Notes: a model not told the origin generated them from the letters alone. DNA of 42,657 bases from Bifidobacterium breve (GCA_945896935.1 CAMDER010000001.1:1-42657); one strand, 5' to 3'; counted from the stretch's first letter, positions 10,382-18,557 are shown. Numbers and translations: made by a program.

Positions 10382-12016
10382 GTGTCTACTAGCGTTCTCC
10401 CTGTGGATGCACTCGAGACCTCGCCCGAATGGTCGAAGATCATGGCGTGTCCGCCTCCGCAATCACTCAGGGCCGAATTCGCGAACGACCCCGATCGGGC
10501 ATCAAAGATGACGATTCAGGCTGGTGATCTGCGAATTGACTACTCAAAACAAATGATTGACGAAATCGCGATCACGCGATTACTTGATCTTGCAAGTGCC
10601 CGCGGCACGACGTCAGCCTTTGCGCGGATGACCAATGGAGAACGAATTAATGTCACCGAAGGTCGAGCAGTCGGGCACATGGCTCTTCGAACTCCACGAG
10701 GCGAACAATTCTTGATTGATGGGGTTGACGTTGTCCCGGCAGTGTGGTTGGTTCTTGATCAAATGGCCAACTTGGCGCGGGCAATTCGGTCAGGCGAGTT
10801 CATCGGCTCAACTGGCCGAAAAATCCGCAGCGTCGTCAACATCGGCATTGGTGGCAGCGATCTTGGCCCAGCGATGGTGTACGAAGCCTTGCGCGGTGAT
10901 CGTTCACTAGATATCTCGTGTCGATTCGTTTCAAATGTTGACCCCGCAGACCTTGAGGCCAATCTTGCTGGACTCGACCCGGCTGAAACACTTTTCATTG
11001 TTGCATCAAAGACATTTACGACCGTTGAAACTTTGGCAAATGCACGAGCAGCCCGTCAGTGGTTGGTCGATCAACTTGGCGAATCCGCAGTCAAAAAACA
11101 TTTTGTGGCGCTGAGCACCAACACTCGTGCGGTTCGTGAATTCGGGATTGACACTAAAAACATGTTTGAGTTCTGGGATTGGGTTGGTGGTCGTTATTCA
11201 GTGCCATCAGCGATTGGGTTATCAGTGATGATCGCAGTCGGCCCCGAGGTGTTTTTTGATTTCCTGAGTGGCATGCACGCGATGGATGTCCATGCTGCTC
11301 AAGCCGAGGGACGTACAAACGGCCCATTGATGTTGGCTCTTGTCAACATCTGGAATGCTGCAGTGCTTAAAACATCGAGTCGAGCGGTCATTCCGTACTC
11401 ATTTGATCTGCGTCGATTTCCTGCTTATTTACAACAACTCATCATGGAATCAAATGGCAAATCAGTCAGAAGCGATGGTTCGCGGGTTCCCTACGCAACA
11501 TCACCAGTGATTTGGGGTGAGCCCGGAACAAATGGGCAGCATGCCTTTATGCAATTACTGCACCAGGGGACCGATGTCGTGCCGGTTGACTTCATCGGCT
11601 TTGCGCGTTCATCGGCGAACGATGAATCACGCAACGAACTGCTCTTCACAAATTTGTTGGCACAAAGTCGGGCTCTGGCTTTTGGGCGAAGTATTGACGA
11701 ACTACCCGATAGTTCGGCGACACCGCACCGGGTCTTTGCAGGAAATCGTCCAAGCACGACGATTGTTGCTCCAGAGTTATCTGCAGCTGTCCTTGGACAA
11801 CTGATCGCTCTCTACGAACACAGCACTTTTTTCGAAGGGGCCATTTGGGATATCAATAGTTTTGATCAATGGGGGGTTGAACTTGGCAAAGAACTTGCCC
11901 TCTCCATTGGGTCGACGCTTGCTGATTTTTCTACTCACAACCACCCTGAACTTGATTCTTCAACCCACACTCTTTTGTCGTGGTTTACCGAACATCGCCA
12001 CGGCAACAATCAATAA
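10382..12016 (+). CDS. pgi: Glucose-6-phosphate isomerase
   Basis: 544 aa. DYSKQ, NIGIGGSDLGP, SKTFTTVET, GGRYS and ESNGK motifs. Confidence 0.95.
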   Translation: MSTSVLPVDALETSPEWSKIMACPPPQSLRAEFANDPDRASKMTIQAGDLRIDYSKQMIDEIAITRLLDLASARGTTSAFARMTNGERINVTEGRAVGHMALRTPRGEQFLIDGVDVVPAVWLVLDQMANLARAIRSGEFIGSTGRKIRSVVNIGIGGSDLGPAMVYEALRGDRSLDISCRFVSNVDPADLEANLAGLDPAETLFIVASKTFTTVETLANARAARQWLVDQLGESAVKKHFVALSTNTRAVREFGIDTKNMFEFWDWVGGRYSVPSAIGLSVMIAVGPEVFFDFLSGMHAMDVHAAQAEGRTNGPLMLALVNIWNAAVLKTSSRAVIPYSFDLRRFPAYLQQLIMESNGKSVRSDGSRVPYATSPVIWGEPGTNGQHAFMQLLHQGTDVVPVDFIGFARSSANDESRNELLFTNLLAQSRALAFGRSIDELPDSSATPHRVFAGNRPSTTIVAPELSAAVLGQLIALYEHSTFFEGAIWDINSFDQWGVELGKELALSIGSTLADFSTHNHPELDSSTHTLLSWFTEHRHGNNQ

Positions 12017-12030
12017 GGGTCTGAATCGCT

Positions 12031-12984
12031 GTGCATCAACTTGAACGTGTCACAAATTTGTTGGCGTTGCTCCTATCAACGCGACGCCATCTCACTTTTG
12101 ATGAGATTCGCAACGAGTTAAAGGGGCAATATCCCGAGAACCTTGTTGCCGCGCGTGCTGCTTTTGAACGCGATAAGGCAATTCTGCGTGATGAAGGTAT
12201 TCCCATCAGTTCAGAAGTGCAAGGCGGAGACAAAGCGGGCATCACGGGTTACCGCATTGATCGCAGTGCTTACGAGTTAGGCGACTTGCAATTGACAGGT
12301 CATGAAGCTGCGGCTCTGCGAATTGCCGTTTCGGCTTTACGAATGGGTCAATCGTGGGGCGAAGAAGCGCTGTGGAAAGTTGATATGGACTCTGGCTCAA
12401 CGGCACGTCCGCAACCTGTGGTTCAGGCATCTTTGCCCGTCGATCAAAAATTGCCGACTTTGCACGACGCGATGAGCCGTCTACGAGTGGTGTCGTTCAC
12501 GTACAACGGGCGGCCTCGTGAACTTGAGCCGTTTGGGTTGCTCGCACGTTCGGGTTGGTGGTATTTGGTCGGCAATGATCGGTCGGTCGATGCCATGAGA
12601 ACATTTCGCGTTGACCGTATTTCAACCGAAGTGGTTTTGCTCGAGGGTGAAACTTTCGAGCGCCCCGTGGACTTTGACGTCCGAACATCTTTCCCGGCCG
12701 ACCTCAAAGAGTTGCCCGACTCGATCGATGTCGGCGGCGATATTGCCAAAGTGCGAATTGATGCCACTGATGTCAACACGGTGCTTGGTCAGTATGGACC
12801 GGACTCTCTTGTTGAGCGACATAGCGATGGGTCGGCAACGTTCGTCATTCCATGCGCGAATGTTCAGGCATTTGAACATTGGCTACTCGGATTTCTTGAT
12901 CGGGCCGAAGTTCTTGAACCGACGAAATTGCGCCAACATGTCGTTGAGTGGTTAACCGCACTAGTTCGTGGGGTTCAGGCATGA
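12031..12984 (+). CDS. pafB: HTH-WYL transcriptional regulator, PafB-like
   Basis: 317 aa. N-terminal wHTH (ERVTNLLALLLSTRRHLTFDEIRNEL). Central WYL-type region (RELEPFGLLARSGWWYLVGND...RTFRVDRI). Followed by a paralogue with an ATGA overlap. Confidence 0.65.
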   Translation: MHQLERVTNLLALLLSTRRHLTFDEIRNELKGQYPENLVAARAAFERDKAILRDEGIPISSEVQGGDKAGITGYRIDRSAYELGDLQLTGHEAAALRIAVSALRMGQSWGEEALWKVDMDSGSTARPQPVVQASLPVDQKLPTLHDAMSRLRVVSFTYNGRPRELEPFGLLARSGWWYLVGNDRSVDAMRTFRVDRISTEVVLLEGETFERPVDFDVRTSFPADLKELPDSIDVGGDIAKVRIDATDVNTVLGQYGPDSLVERHSDGSATFVIPCANVQAFEHWLLGFLDRAEVLEPTKLRQHVVEWLTALVRGVQA

Positions 12985-13949
12985 TTCGGCGAGGCCCGCG
13001 TCCGGTCAATGTCCGCTTACGTCGACTGCTGGTGATGTTGCCGTGGCTGATGGAACGTCAGACTGTTTCAACGCAAGCAATGGCCGAACATTTTGGGATG
13101 TCTGTCGCTGATTTGGTCGCCGACTTAACGCTCGCCTCAATGTGTGGAGTATCGCAAGATCCGCGGGACTTGATTGACCTCTGGGTTGACGATGACGAAG
13201 TGCATTTTGGAATTCCGAAATACTTTGAACGCCCATTACGACTGACTGTGCCCGAGGCCTTTTCGTTAATTGCGTCAGCGACGGCAGCGCAACAGTTACC
13301 AGGCATGGACCAATCGGGTTCATTGTCGAAGGCAATCGCCAAAGTCAGCCAAGCCATTGACCTGAATATTGATGACTCATTTGTGGTTGAACTTGAAACC
13401 CCCGAGTCGGTCGAAACTTTAAGTGCGGCCATTCGCAATTCGGTTGTTATTGAATTTGACTACTGGTCGGTCGCGACGGGGCAATCAGCGCGCCGACGGG
13501 TTGCTCCACTGGAAGTTTTCCTTGATCAAGATCATTGGTACCTGCGAGCCCAAGACGTAACAGCGCAGGCCGAACGAACATTTAGATTGGATCGACTTGA
13601 GCAGTTAGTGCTGACGACTGAGAATCATGGTTTCGTTGCAACGCCGCGCTCGGATTGGTTTGCGCAGTCCGATGAACAGCGCAAGGTTCTTTTGCAGGTT
13701 GACGCAGCGTGGTTATGGGTACTTGAGCAATACCCCGACGTGTCAATAGGAACAGTTCTGAAGGGACAAGTTGTGCAGCACGCCGATTGGGTCACTGTTG
13801 AAGTCGTCGCGAATACCGAGCGTTGGATGCAAAGGTTGCTCGTACGACTAGGAGCACACGCAGTCGTGGTCGACCCATCGGACTGGCGGCAACTCGGATC
13901 AGAAACCGCTCAATTGATTTTACGCCGTTACGAGCGGATAAACGGCTGA
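12981..13949 (+). CDS. pafC: HTH-WYL transcriptional regulator, PafC-like
   Basis: The start ATG 12981 overlaps the pafB-like stop (ATGA). It shows the same HTH + WYL pattern (RRVAPLEVFLDQDHWYLRAQD...RTFRLDRL). Confidence 0.65.
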   Translation: MIRRGPRPVNVRLRRLLVMLPWLMERQTVSTQAMAEHFGMSVADLVADLTLASMCGVSQDPRDLIDLWVDDDEVHFGIPKYFERPLRLTVPEAFSLIASATAAQQLPGMDQSGSLSKAIAKVSQAIDLNIDDSFVVELETPESVETLSAAIRNSVVIEFDYWSVATGQSARRRVAPLEVFLDQDHWYLRAQDVTAQAERTFRLDRLEQLVLTTENHGFVATPRSDWFAQSDEQRKVLLQVDAAWLWVLEQYPDVSIGTVLKGQVVQHADWVTVEVVANTERWMQRLLVRLGAHAVVVDPSDWRQLGSETAQLILRRYERING

Positions 13950-14560
13950 AGCCCTTCGGCATCGGTAATGCCGTGAGCCGACAGTAGATGGGGAAGAACC
14001 TCAGCCGTTGCTCGAGCATCATGTTCGGCATGGTGGGCCTGGTCTAAAGCAACCCCGTACTTTTCGCACAGGGTTGAAAGTTTGTGAGTCTGCTCACGCT
14101 TCGGGTCAAGGGCGCGTGACAACTTGAGAGTGCACAGAACCCCAGCCCAATTGAGGTCGACATGGTTCTCGAGAGCCGCAGTTTGCAAGAACTTGGTATC
14201 AAACTCGGCATTGTGAGCCACGATGATCCGACCTGAGGTGAGCTGAGCAAATTTTTGCATGGCCTGTGCCGTGGTCGCAGCGAATATCAATTTTCGGCGT
14301 GAAATACCGTGGACATGTTGTGGTCCAAGATCGCGCGACCAAAATTGAGATGGACGGACATAGGTCGACCAGACGGACGTTGGGTGGGCGGTCCAATCTT
14401 GGAGGACCACAGCAATTTGCAAAATCTGATCGCGATCAAAGCGAAGTCCGGTGGTCTCGACATCGACGACAGCGAATGAAGCGTGTGAAGACTCCAGCAC
14501 ATGTGACGGATCATCCGTCGACTCATTCGCACTTTGGTTTGGTAATTCCACTGATCTCAC
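13928..14560 (-). CDS. DEDDh 3'-5' exonuclease (DnaQ / DNA polymerase III epsilon-like)
   Basis: Exo motifs FAVVDVETTGL, IVAHNAEFD and HHAEHDARATAEV. The 3' end overlaps the pafC-like gene by 22 nt (convergent). Confidence 0.85.
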   Translation of the reverse strand: MRSVELPNQSANESTDDPSHVLESSHASFAVVDVETTGLRFDRDQILQIAVVLQDWTAHPTSVWSTYVRPSQFWSRDLGPQHVHGISRRKLIFAATTAQAMQKFAQLTSGRIIVAHNAEFDTKFLQTAALENHVDLNWAGVLCTLKLSRALDPKREQTHKLSTLCEKYGVALDQAHHAEHDARATAEVLPHLLSAHGITDAEGLQPFIRS

Positions 14561-14586
14561 CCTAGATGCGGGGTCTTTCAGAGTTC

Positions 14587-14612
14587 GTGACGTCGTTCAG
14601 TGACGTCGTTCA
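14587..14612. repeat. Perfect tandem duplication of a 13-mer (GTGACGTCGTTCA x2)
   Basis: Copies at 14587-14599 and 14600-14612 are identical. Each contains the GACGTC palindrome. The array lies in the 75-nt spacer between the whiB stop and the exonuclease start. Confidence 0.9.
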
Positions 14613-14635
14613 GAGAAGTAGTTCGGTGAACTCGT

Positions 14636-14950
14636 TCAACTCACTGAGCGCATACCGCGCGCCCGAATGCCGATGGGTGCAGCGACCGTGAATCCAGCGA
14701 GGTGTCGTTCTTCTTCTGATTCGCCGCCCCAAAATCCGTATTCGCGACTATCGCGGGCGAAAACCTGGCAATGCTCACTCACGGGGCAGGTGCGACAGAG
14801 TAAGCGGGCTTGAGCCTCACGCCGAACCCGGGCCTGCGGGCGTTCAGCCTTTGGTGCGAAAAACAGTTTGGTACGGCCTTTGCAGACTGCGTCATCCATC
14901 CAGTTCGCTGATGGTTCGATATTGGGTGTGAAGGCTTCTAGAGCTGACAT
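14636..14950 (-). CDS. whiB: WhiB-family [4Fe-4S] transcription factor
   Basis: Cys pattern C-x28-C-x2-C-x5-C (VCKGRTKLFF...LLCRTCPVSEHC) followed by the GFWGG turn and a basic tail. ATG 14950 is preferred; the track starts at TTG 14968. Confidence 0.9.
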   Translation of the reverse strand: MSALEAFTPNIEPSANWMDDAVCKGRTKLFFAPKAERPQARVRREAQARLLCRTCPVSEHCQVFARDSREYGFWGGESEEERHLAGFTVAAPIGIRARGMRSVS

Positions 14951-14985
14951 GTCACGCTGCCTTTGCAAGATAATTGATGGTGTAC

Positions 14986-15014
14986 CGGCGGCGAAGCATG
15001 TCGCTTCGCCGCCG
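14986..15014. other. 12-bp GC-rich perfect stem-loop
   Basis: CGGCGGCGAAGC (14986-14997), loop ATGTC, then GCTTCGCCGCCG (15003-15014). It lies 36 nt upstream of the whiB ATG and 170 nt downstream of the phoH2 stop on the minus strand. There is no U-tract. Confidence 0.5.
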
Positions 15015-15183
15015 ATATCGGGTGGGCGACGAGATCAAGAGGGGGCAAGACCTCGCCGTACGCATTTAACACTAAAACCGAAAACGGCAAATGTCAAGGG
15101 TTTTTATCAATTAGGCAAACGTCACACTGATTGTCGAAGTGACGGGCATTTCACTGGCGAAGGGCTGCAGTGAGCCAAACCAG

Positions 15184-16623
15184 TTACAGCAACTCGGCCG
15201 CCAACGAGGCCACTTCGCTGCGCTCGCATGAGGTCAACGTGATGTGGCCAAAGCACTTCTGTCCACGAAAAGCCCCGATGAGAACGGCCAGGGCATTATT
15301 GGATTCGCCAAGATATGGCGCATCAATCTGGCTGGTGTCACCAGTGAAGATCACTTTGGTGCCCTCGCCAATTCGCGTCAAAATCGTCTTCAGCGTGGTG
15401 GGTTCTAGGTTTTGTGCTTCGTCAACGACCACAATTTGCCGGTGCAGTGAACGTCCGCGTAAGAATGTGACCGATTCAAGCGACAATTGATTACGCGCGA
15501 TGAGTTCATCAATCATGGTGCGGGCTTCACGATTCGATCGTTGATCGGTCAAGGCAACGATCGCATCATGAATTGCGGACATCCACGGATCAAGTTTCTC
15601 TTCGAGACCGCCGGGCAAAAAGCCCACGTCAGCCCGTCCAACTGGAACAAGTGGTCGGTAGACCGCCAATTTTTCATAGCGCCGTTGTTCGACGACTTGG
15701 TCGAGGCCAGCAGCAATTGCCAGGACTGTCTTGCCGGTTCCGGCACGACCGTCTAATGCGATCACGCTGACTTCGGGGTCGAGCAAAAGTTCAAGGGCGA
15801 AGCGTTGTTCCTTTGACCGTGATCGAAGTCCCCACGCTTCGGGAGATGCCTGAGGGATGAGATTCAGCGCATCGTCGCGGCATCGAGCCATCGCCGATTG
15901 GGAGCCAGCCCGCAAAATGGCAAAAGAATTTTCGGCGAGAGATCCGGCAGGTGCGACTTCGGCCACGTCAATGGAGCGACCGTCGTACAGTTCGTCAACA
16001 AGTTCGCTCGAGGCGTCAACGGTGATCCAACCGAGCGGACGAGTGGAAGATTGCCGGCCGACGAGTTGGTGCTCGTGAGCGGTCAAGCCCAAGTGCGCAG
16101 CTTTCAATCGGAGTGCGGCATCGTTGGACACCATATGGGTCGGAGCATGGTTGGCCTGGCCGAGTGCGGCTCCGATGATGCGGTTGTCTGCCTTGTTCGC
16201 GTCGAGCCCATGCTCATTCAAAAGGTGCTTTTGGATGCCATTGATTTCAATATGAACCGTCGCGTTGTTTGATCCTTCTGCACCTTCCGGATGAATACGA
16301 ACGGGGTGAGCGAGTGACCCACCTGCCTTCATGCGGATCTCTTCAAGACCCCGCAATGCGGCGCGGGCAGCGCGACCCACATCATCTGGGCGGCTCTTCA
16401 GACCATCCAATTCCTCAATAACTGTTAGGGGAATGACGATGTCGCAGTCGGGGTATGCCAACAGACAATTGGTATCGGCGATGAGTACCGAAGTGTCAAG
16501 AACAACTCGCGTTGGAACGGGTGAAGGTTTTTCGTGCTGCGGGGAGTCTTGCGACGATAAGCCGACGAGTTCGTCATCGCCCGTGCTATTCGTGAGTTCT
16601 TTGGCCCTCAGCAGTTTCGTCAC
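15184..16623 (-). CDS. phoH2: PIN-domain / PhoH-ATPase fusion protein (PhoH2)
   Basis: N-terminal PIN acidic residues (VVLDTSVLI, TVIEELD, VSNDAAL). C-terminal PhoH ATPase with Walker A GRAGTGKT and Walker B IVVVDEAQN. Confidence 0.9.
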   Translation of the reverse strand: MTKLLRAKELTNSTGDDELVGLSSQDSPQHEKPSPVPTRVVLDTSVLIADTNCLLAYPDCDIVIPLTVIEELDGLKSRPDDVGRAARAALRGLEEIRMKAGGSLAHPVRIHPEGAEGSNNATVHIEINGIQKHLLNEHGLDANKADNRIIGAALGQANHAPTHMVSNDAALRLKAAHLGLTAHEHQLVGRQSSTRPLGWITVDASSELVDELYDGRSIDVAEVAPAGSLAENSFAILRAGSQSAMARCRDDALNLIPQASPEAWGLRSRSKEQRFALELLLDPEVSVIALDGRAGTGKTVLAIAAGLDQVVEQRRYEKLAVYRPLVPVGRADVGFLPGGLEEKLDPWMSAIHDAIVALTDQRSNREARTMIDELIARNQLSLESVTFLRGRSLHRQIVVVDEAQNLEPTTLKTILTRIGEGTKVIFTGDTSQIDAPYLGESNNALAVLIGAFRGQKCFGHITLTSCERSEVASLAAELL

Positions 16624-17006
16624 CGAATCCCCTTTAAGTTGACTTGATCGTTATCTTGAGTGTTCTCATTGTGACTTGGATGAAGGTCCGCAGACGGCAT
16701 TTACGAGCAAACTTTTTGTGAACGTTCGGTGCGCCCGTCGGAGGATGCGGGAACCTCAAGGAAATGGGGCAGATGGTTGGAAGTATCCACCACAGTGTTA
16801 GGCGCGCATGGCAAACTGTGGTTGCTCGTTGAGGAATGGGCTTGTGTCACGACCGTTCACGACGCTGTTTTATCGGTTCGATTTCGCCACTCGCTTGGCC
16901 CGTAGCGCGTTTGTTGCATTTGCAATTAAATGAATACTTGTAATAGCTCTCCATTGCTTATCAAATATGGAGTGTTCCACCCGAGAACTGAGAAGGATAA
17001 ATCCGA

Positions 17007-17288
17007 ATGACCAAGGCAGAGTTGATCGACGCAGTTGCAAAAAGTGCGGACGTGAGCAAGGCGGACGCCGAGCGCACGCTGGGTGCATTTTTTGACCAGC
17101 TAGTGGACGCGACCAAAACAGGCGACAAAGTGGCATGGCCGGGCTTCGGTTCGTTCACCACAAAAGTTCGTGCCGCCCGTACGGTTCGTAATCCGCAGAC
17201 AGGTGCTTCGATGGAGTCTCCTGCGTCACGCCAAATGAAGTTCACTGCGAGCTCAACGCTCAAAGCGTTTCTTAATCCAAACAAATAA
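17007..17288 (+). CDS. hup: HU-family nucleoid-associated DNA-binding protein (core domain only, 93 aa)
   Basis: MTKAELIDAVAK...GFGSFTTKVRAARTVRNPQTGASM...KFTASSTLKAFLN matches the canonical HU fold signature. It ends with TAA at 17286-17288. Confidence 0.95.
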   Translation: MTKAELIDAVAKSADVSKADAERTLGAFFDQLVDATKTGDKVAWPGFGSFTTKVRAARTVRNPQTGASMESPASRQMKFTASSTLKAFLNPNK

Positions 17289-17316
17289 GCAATAACAACC
17301 AGAAAGGGATATTCCC

Positions 17317-17646
17317 ATGGCAGCAAAGAAGAAGGCTCCGGCCAAAAAAGTAGCAGCAAAGAAGGCTCCCGCCCGTAAGAAGGCAGCAGCTAAGAAGGCT
17401 CCCGCCCGTAAGAAGGCAGCAGCTAAGAAGGCTCCGGCCAAGAAGAAGGCAGCCGCTAAGAAGGTTGCTAAGAAGGCTCCGGCCAAGAAGAAGGCAGCAG
17501 CAAAGAAGGCTCCGGCCCGTAAGAAGGCAGCAGCTAAGAAGGCTCCGGCCAAGAAGAAGGCAGCAGCCAAGAAGGCTCCCGCCCGCAAAAAAGCAGCAGC
17601 TAAGCGCGCTCCGGCCCGCAAAAAGGCAGCAGCTAAGAAAAAGTGA
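17317..17646 (+). CDS. Lys/Ala-rich histone H1-like repeat protein (equivalent of the C-terminal tail of actinobacterial HupB/Hlp)
   Basis: 109 aa made of about nine copies of AAAKKAPA[RK]KK. It has its own ATG, preceded by AAAGGGA. An in-frame TAA lies upstream at 17293-17295. It is in a different frame from hup. Confidence 0.8.
   Translation: MAAKKKAPAKKVAAKKAPARKKAAAKKAPARKKAAAKKAPAKKKAAAKKVAKKAPAKKKAAAKKAPARKKAAAKKAPAKKKAAAKKAPARKKAAAKRAPARKKAAAKKK
17320..17643 (+). repeat. In-frame 33-nt tandem coding repeat (about 9 units)
   Basis: The unit gcagcagctaagaaggctcccgcccgtaagaag recurs with a few synonymous or K/R changes. Confidence 0.9.
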
Positions 17647-17678
17647 TTTCATCCCGATCTTTTCGGGACTGGAACTGA

Positions 17679-17714
17679 TTGAGCGGGGGGCAACCCCCGC
17701 TCAATTCTATTTTC
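17679..17714 (+). terminator. Rho-independent terminator downstream of the hup / Lys-Ala gene pair
   Basis: 11-bp stem TTGAGCGGGGG / CCCCCGCTCAA with loop GCAA, followed by TTCTATTTTC. A smaller hairpin TCCCGA-TCTTT-TCGGGA lies at 17652-17668. Confidence 0.75.
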
Positions 17715-17765
17715 GGACACGTTTCGAATCACTGACAGATCCGCTCAATCTGTCACCATGATTTC

Positions 17766-18545
17766 ATGACATTGAACGCCATGACATTGAATGAAATGAT
17801 CGCCGATCTCGAGTCTGAGCAAGATTCACTCGACCAGATCGTCGCCGATCTTGATGAAGCAAGTTGGAAGTTGGCAACTGATTCACCAGGTTGGACAATC
17901 GCTGACCAAATCAGTCACTTGCAATTCTTTGATGAACGAGCCGCCTTGGCGATGGATGACCCCGAGGCTTTTGCGGTTGATCGCCGACTCATCATTTCGT
18001 CGGCTCCGCGGGACTTGTCTGTTGAGTTAGGTCGACGGGTTTCGGGGGTTGAACTTTTTCAAGCTTGGCGACTTTCACGATTGGCGCTGATTGATGCTGC
18101 CCAGAAAGTTGACCCAACGGTCAGAGTCCCTTGGTACGGGCCGTCGATGGCGGTGAAGTCATTTTTGACCGCACGGTTGATGGAGTGCTGGGCCCATGGC
18201 GAAGACATCGCCCAAGTAGTCGGCGTGCTACGCAAGCCCTCTGCTCGGTTGAAACACGTCGCCCATATCGGGGTGGGGGCGCGGGCATTCAGTTTGATGA
18301 TCAATCAATTGCCCGAGGACAGTCGGTCAATCCGGGTTGAACTCACCGCGCCTGACGGCGAGCTATGGACTTGGGGAGATGAATCTTCTGAGCAACGAGT
18401 TCTTGGCGATGCCTTAGATTTTTGTTTGGTGGTGACGCAACGGCGAGCCTTGCCAGATTCGCAATTAACGGTGTTGGGGGATTCGGCGACCAGATGGATG
18501 CAGATCGCTCAAGCATTCGCCGGTGCACCAACTCGAAAAACCTGA
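17766..18545 (+). CDS. DinB-like / maleylpyruvate isomerase N-terminal-domain family protein (TIGR03084-like, mycothiol-dependent enzyme superfamily)
   Basis: 259 aa. The N-terminal pattern WTIADQISHLQFFDERAALA is typical of actinobacterial MDMPI_N proteins. The assignment rests on pattern memory only. Confidence 0.55.
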   Translation: MTLNAMTLNEMIADLESEQDSLDQIVADLDEASWKLATDSPGWTIADQISHLQFFDERAALAMDDPEAFAVDRRLIISSAPRDLSVELGRRVSGVELFQAWRLSRLALIDAAQKVDPTVRVPWYGPSMAVKSFLTARLMECWAHGEDIAQVVGVLRKPSARLKHVAHIGVGARAFSLMINQLPEDSRSIRVELTAPDGELWTWGDESSEQRVLGDALDFCLVVTQRRALPDSQLTVLGDSATRWMQIAQAFAGAPTRKT

Positions 18546-18557
18546 CAGCAGGTTGGG

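Noticed and set aside
15170-16642. Plus-strand ORFs inside phoH2 (15170-15490, 15487-15756, 15898-16272, 16331-16642 and others).
   Set aside because: They are antisense shadows of a well-supported PIN-PhoH2 gene. They have no motifs and Arg/Ser-rich compositions.
16870-16890. GGTTCGATTTC, reminiscent of a tRNA T-loop.
   Set aside because: The flanking bases do not form a T-stem (ATCGG versus TCGCC), and no acceptor or anticodon arms can be drawn.
17320-17643. Regular 33-nt repeats that could be mistaken for a CRISPR array.
   Set aside because: The units are contiguous with no unique spacers, they are in frame within a coding sequence, and no cas genes are present.
17253-17761. Three long ORFs overlapping the Lys/Ala-repeat gene: 17253-17621(-), 17272-17652(-) and 17465-17761(+).
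   Set aside because: They are alternative-frame or antisense readings of the 33-nt GC-rich repeat, giving poly-A/F/L or R/Q/P products. Only the plus-strand AKK frame has an RBS, sits beside hup and matches a known tail family.
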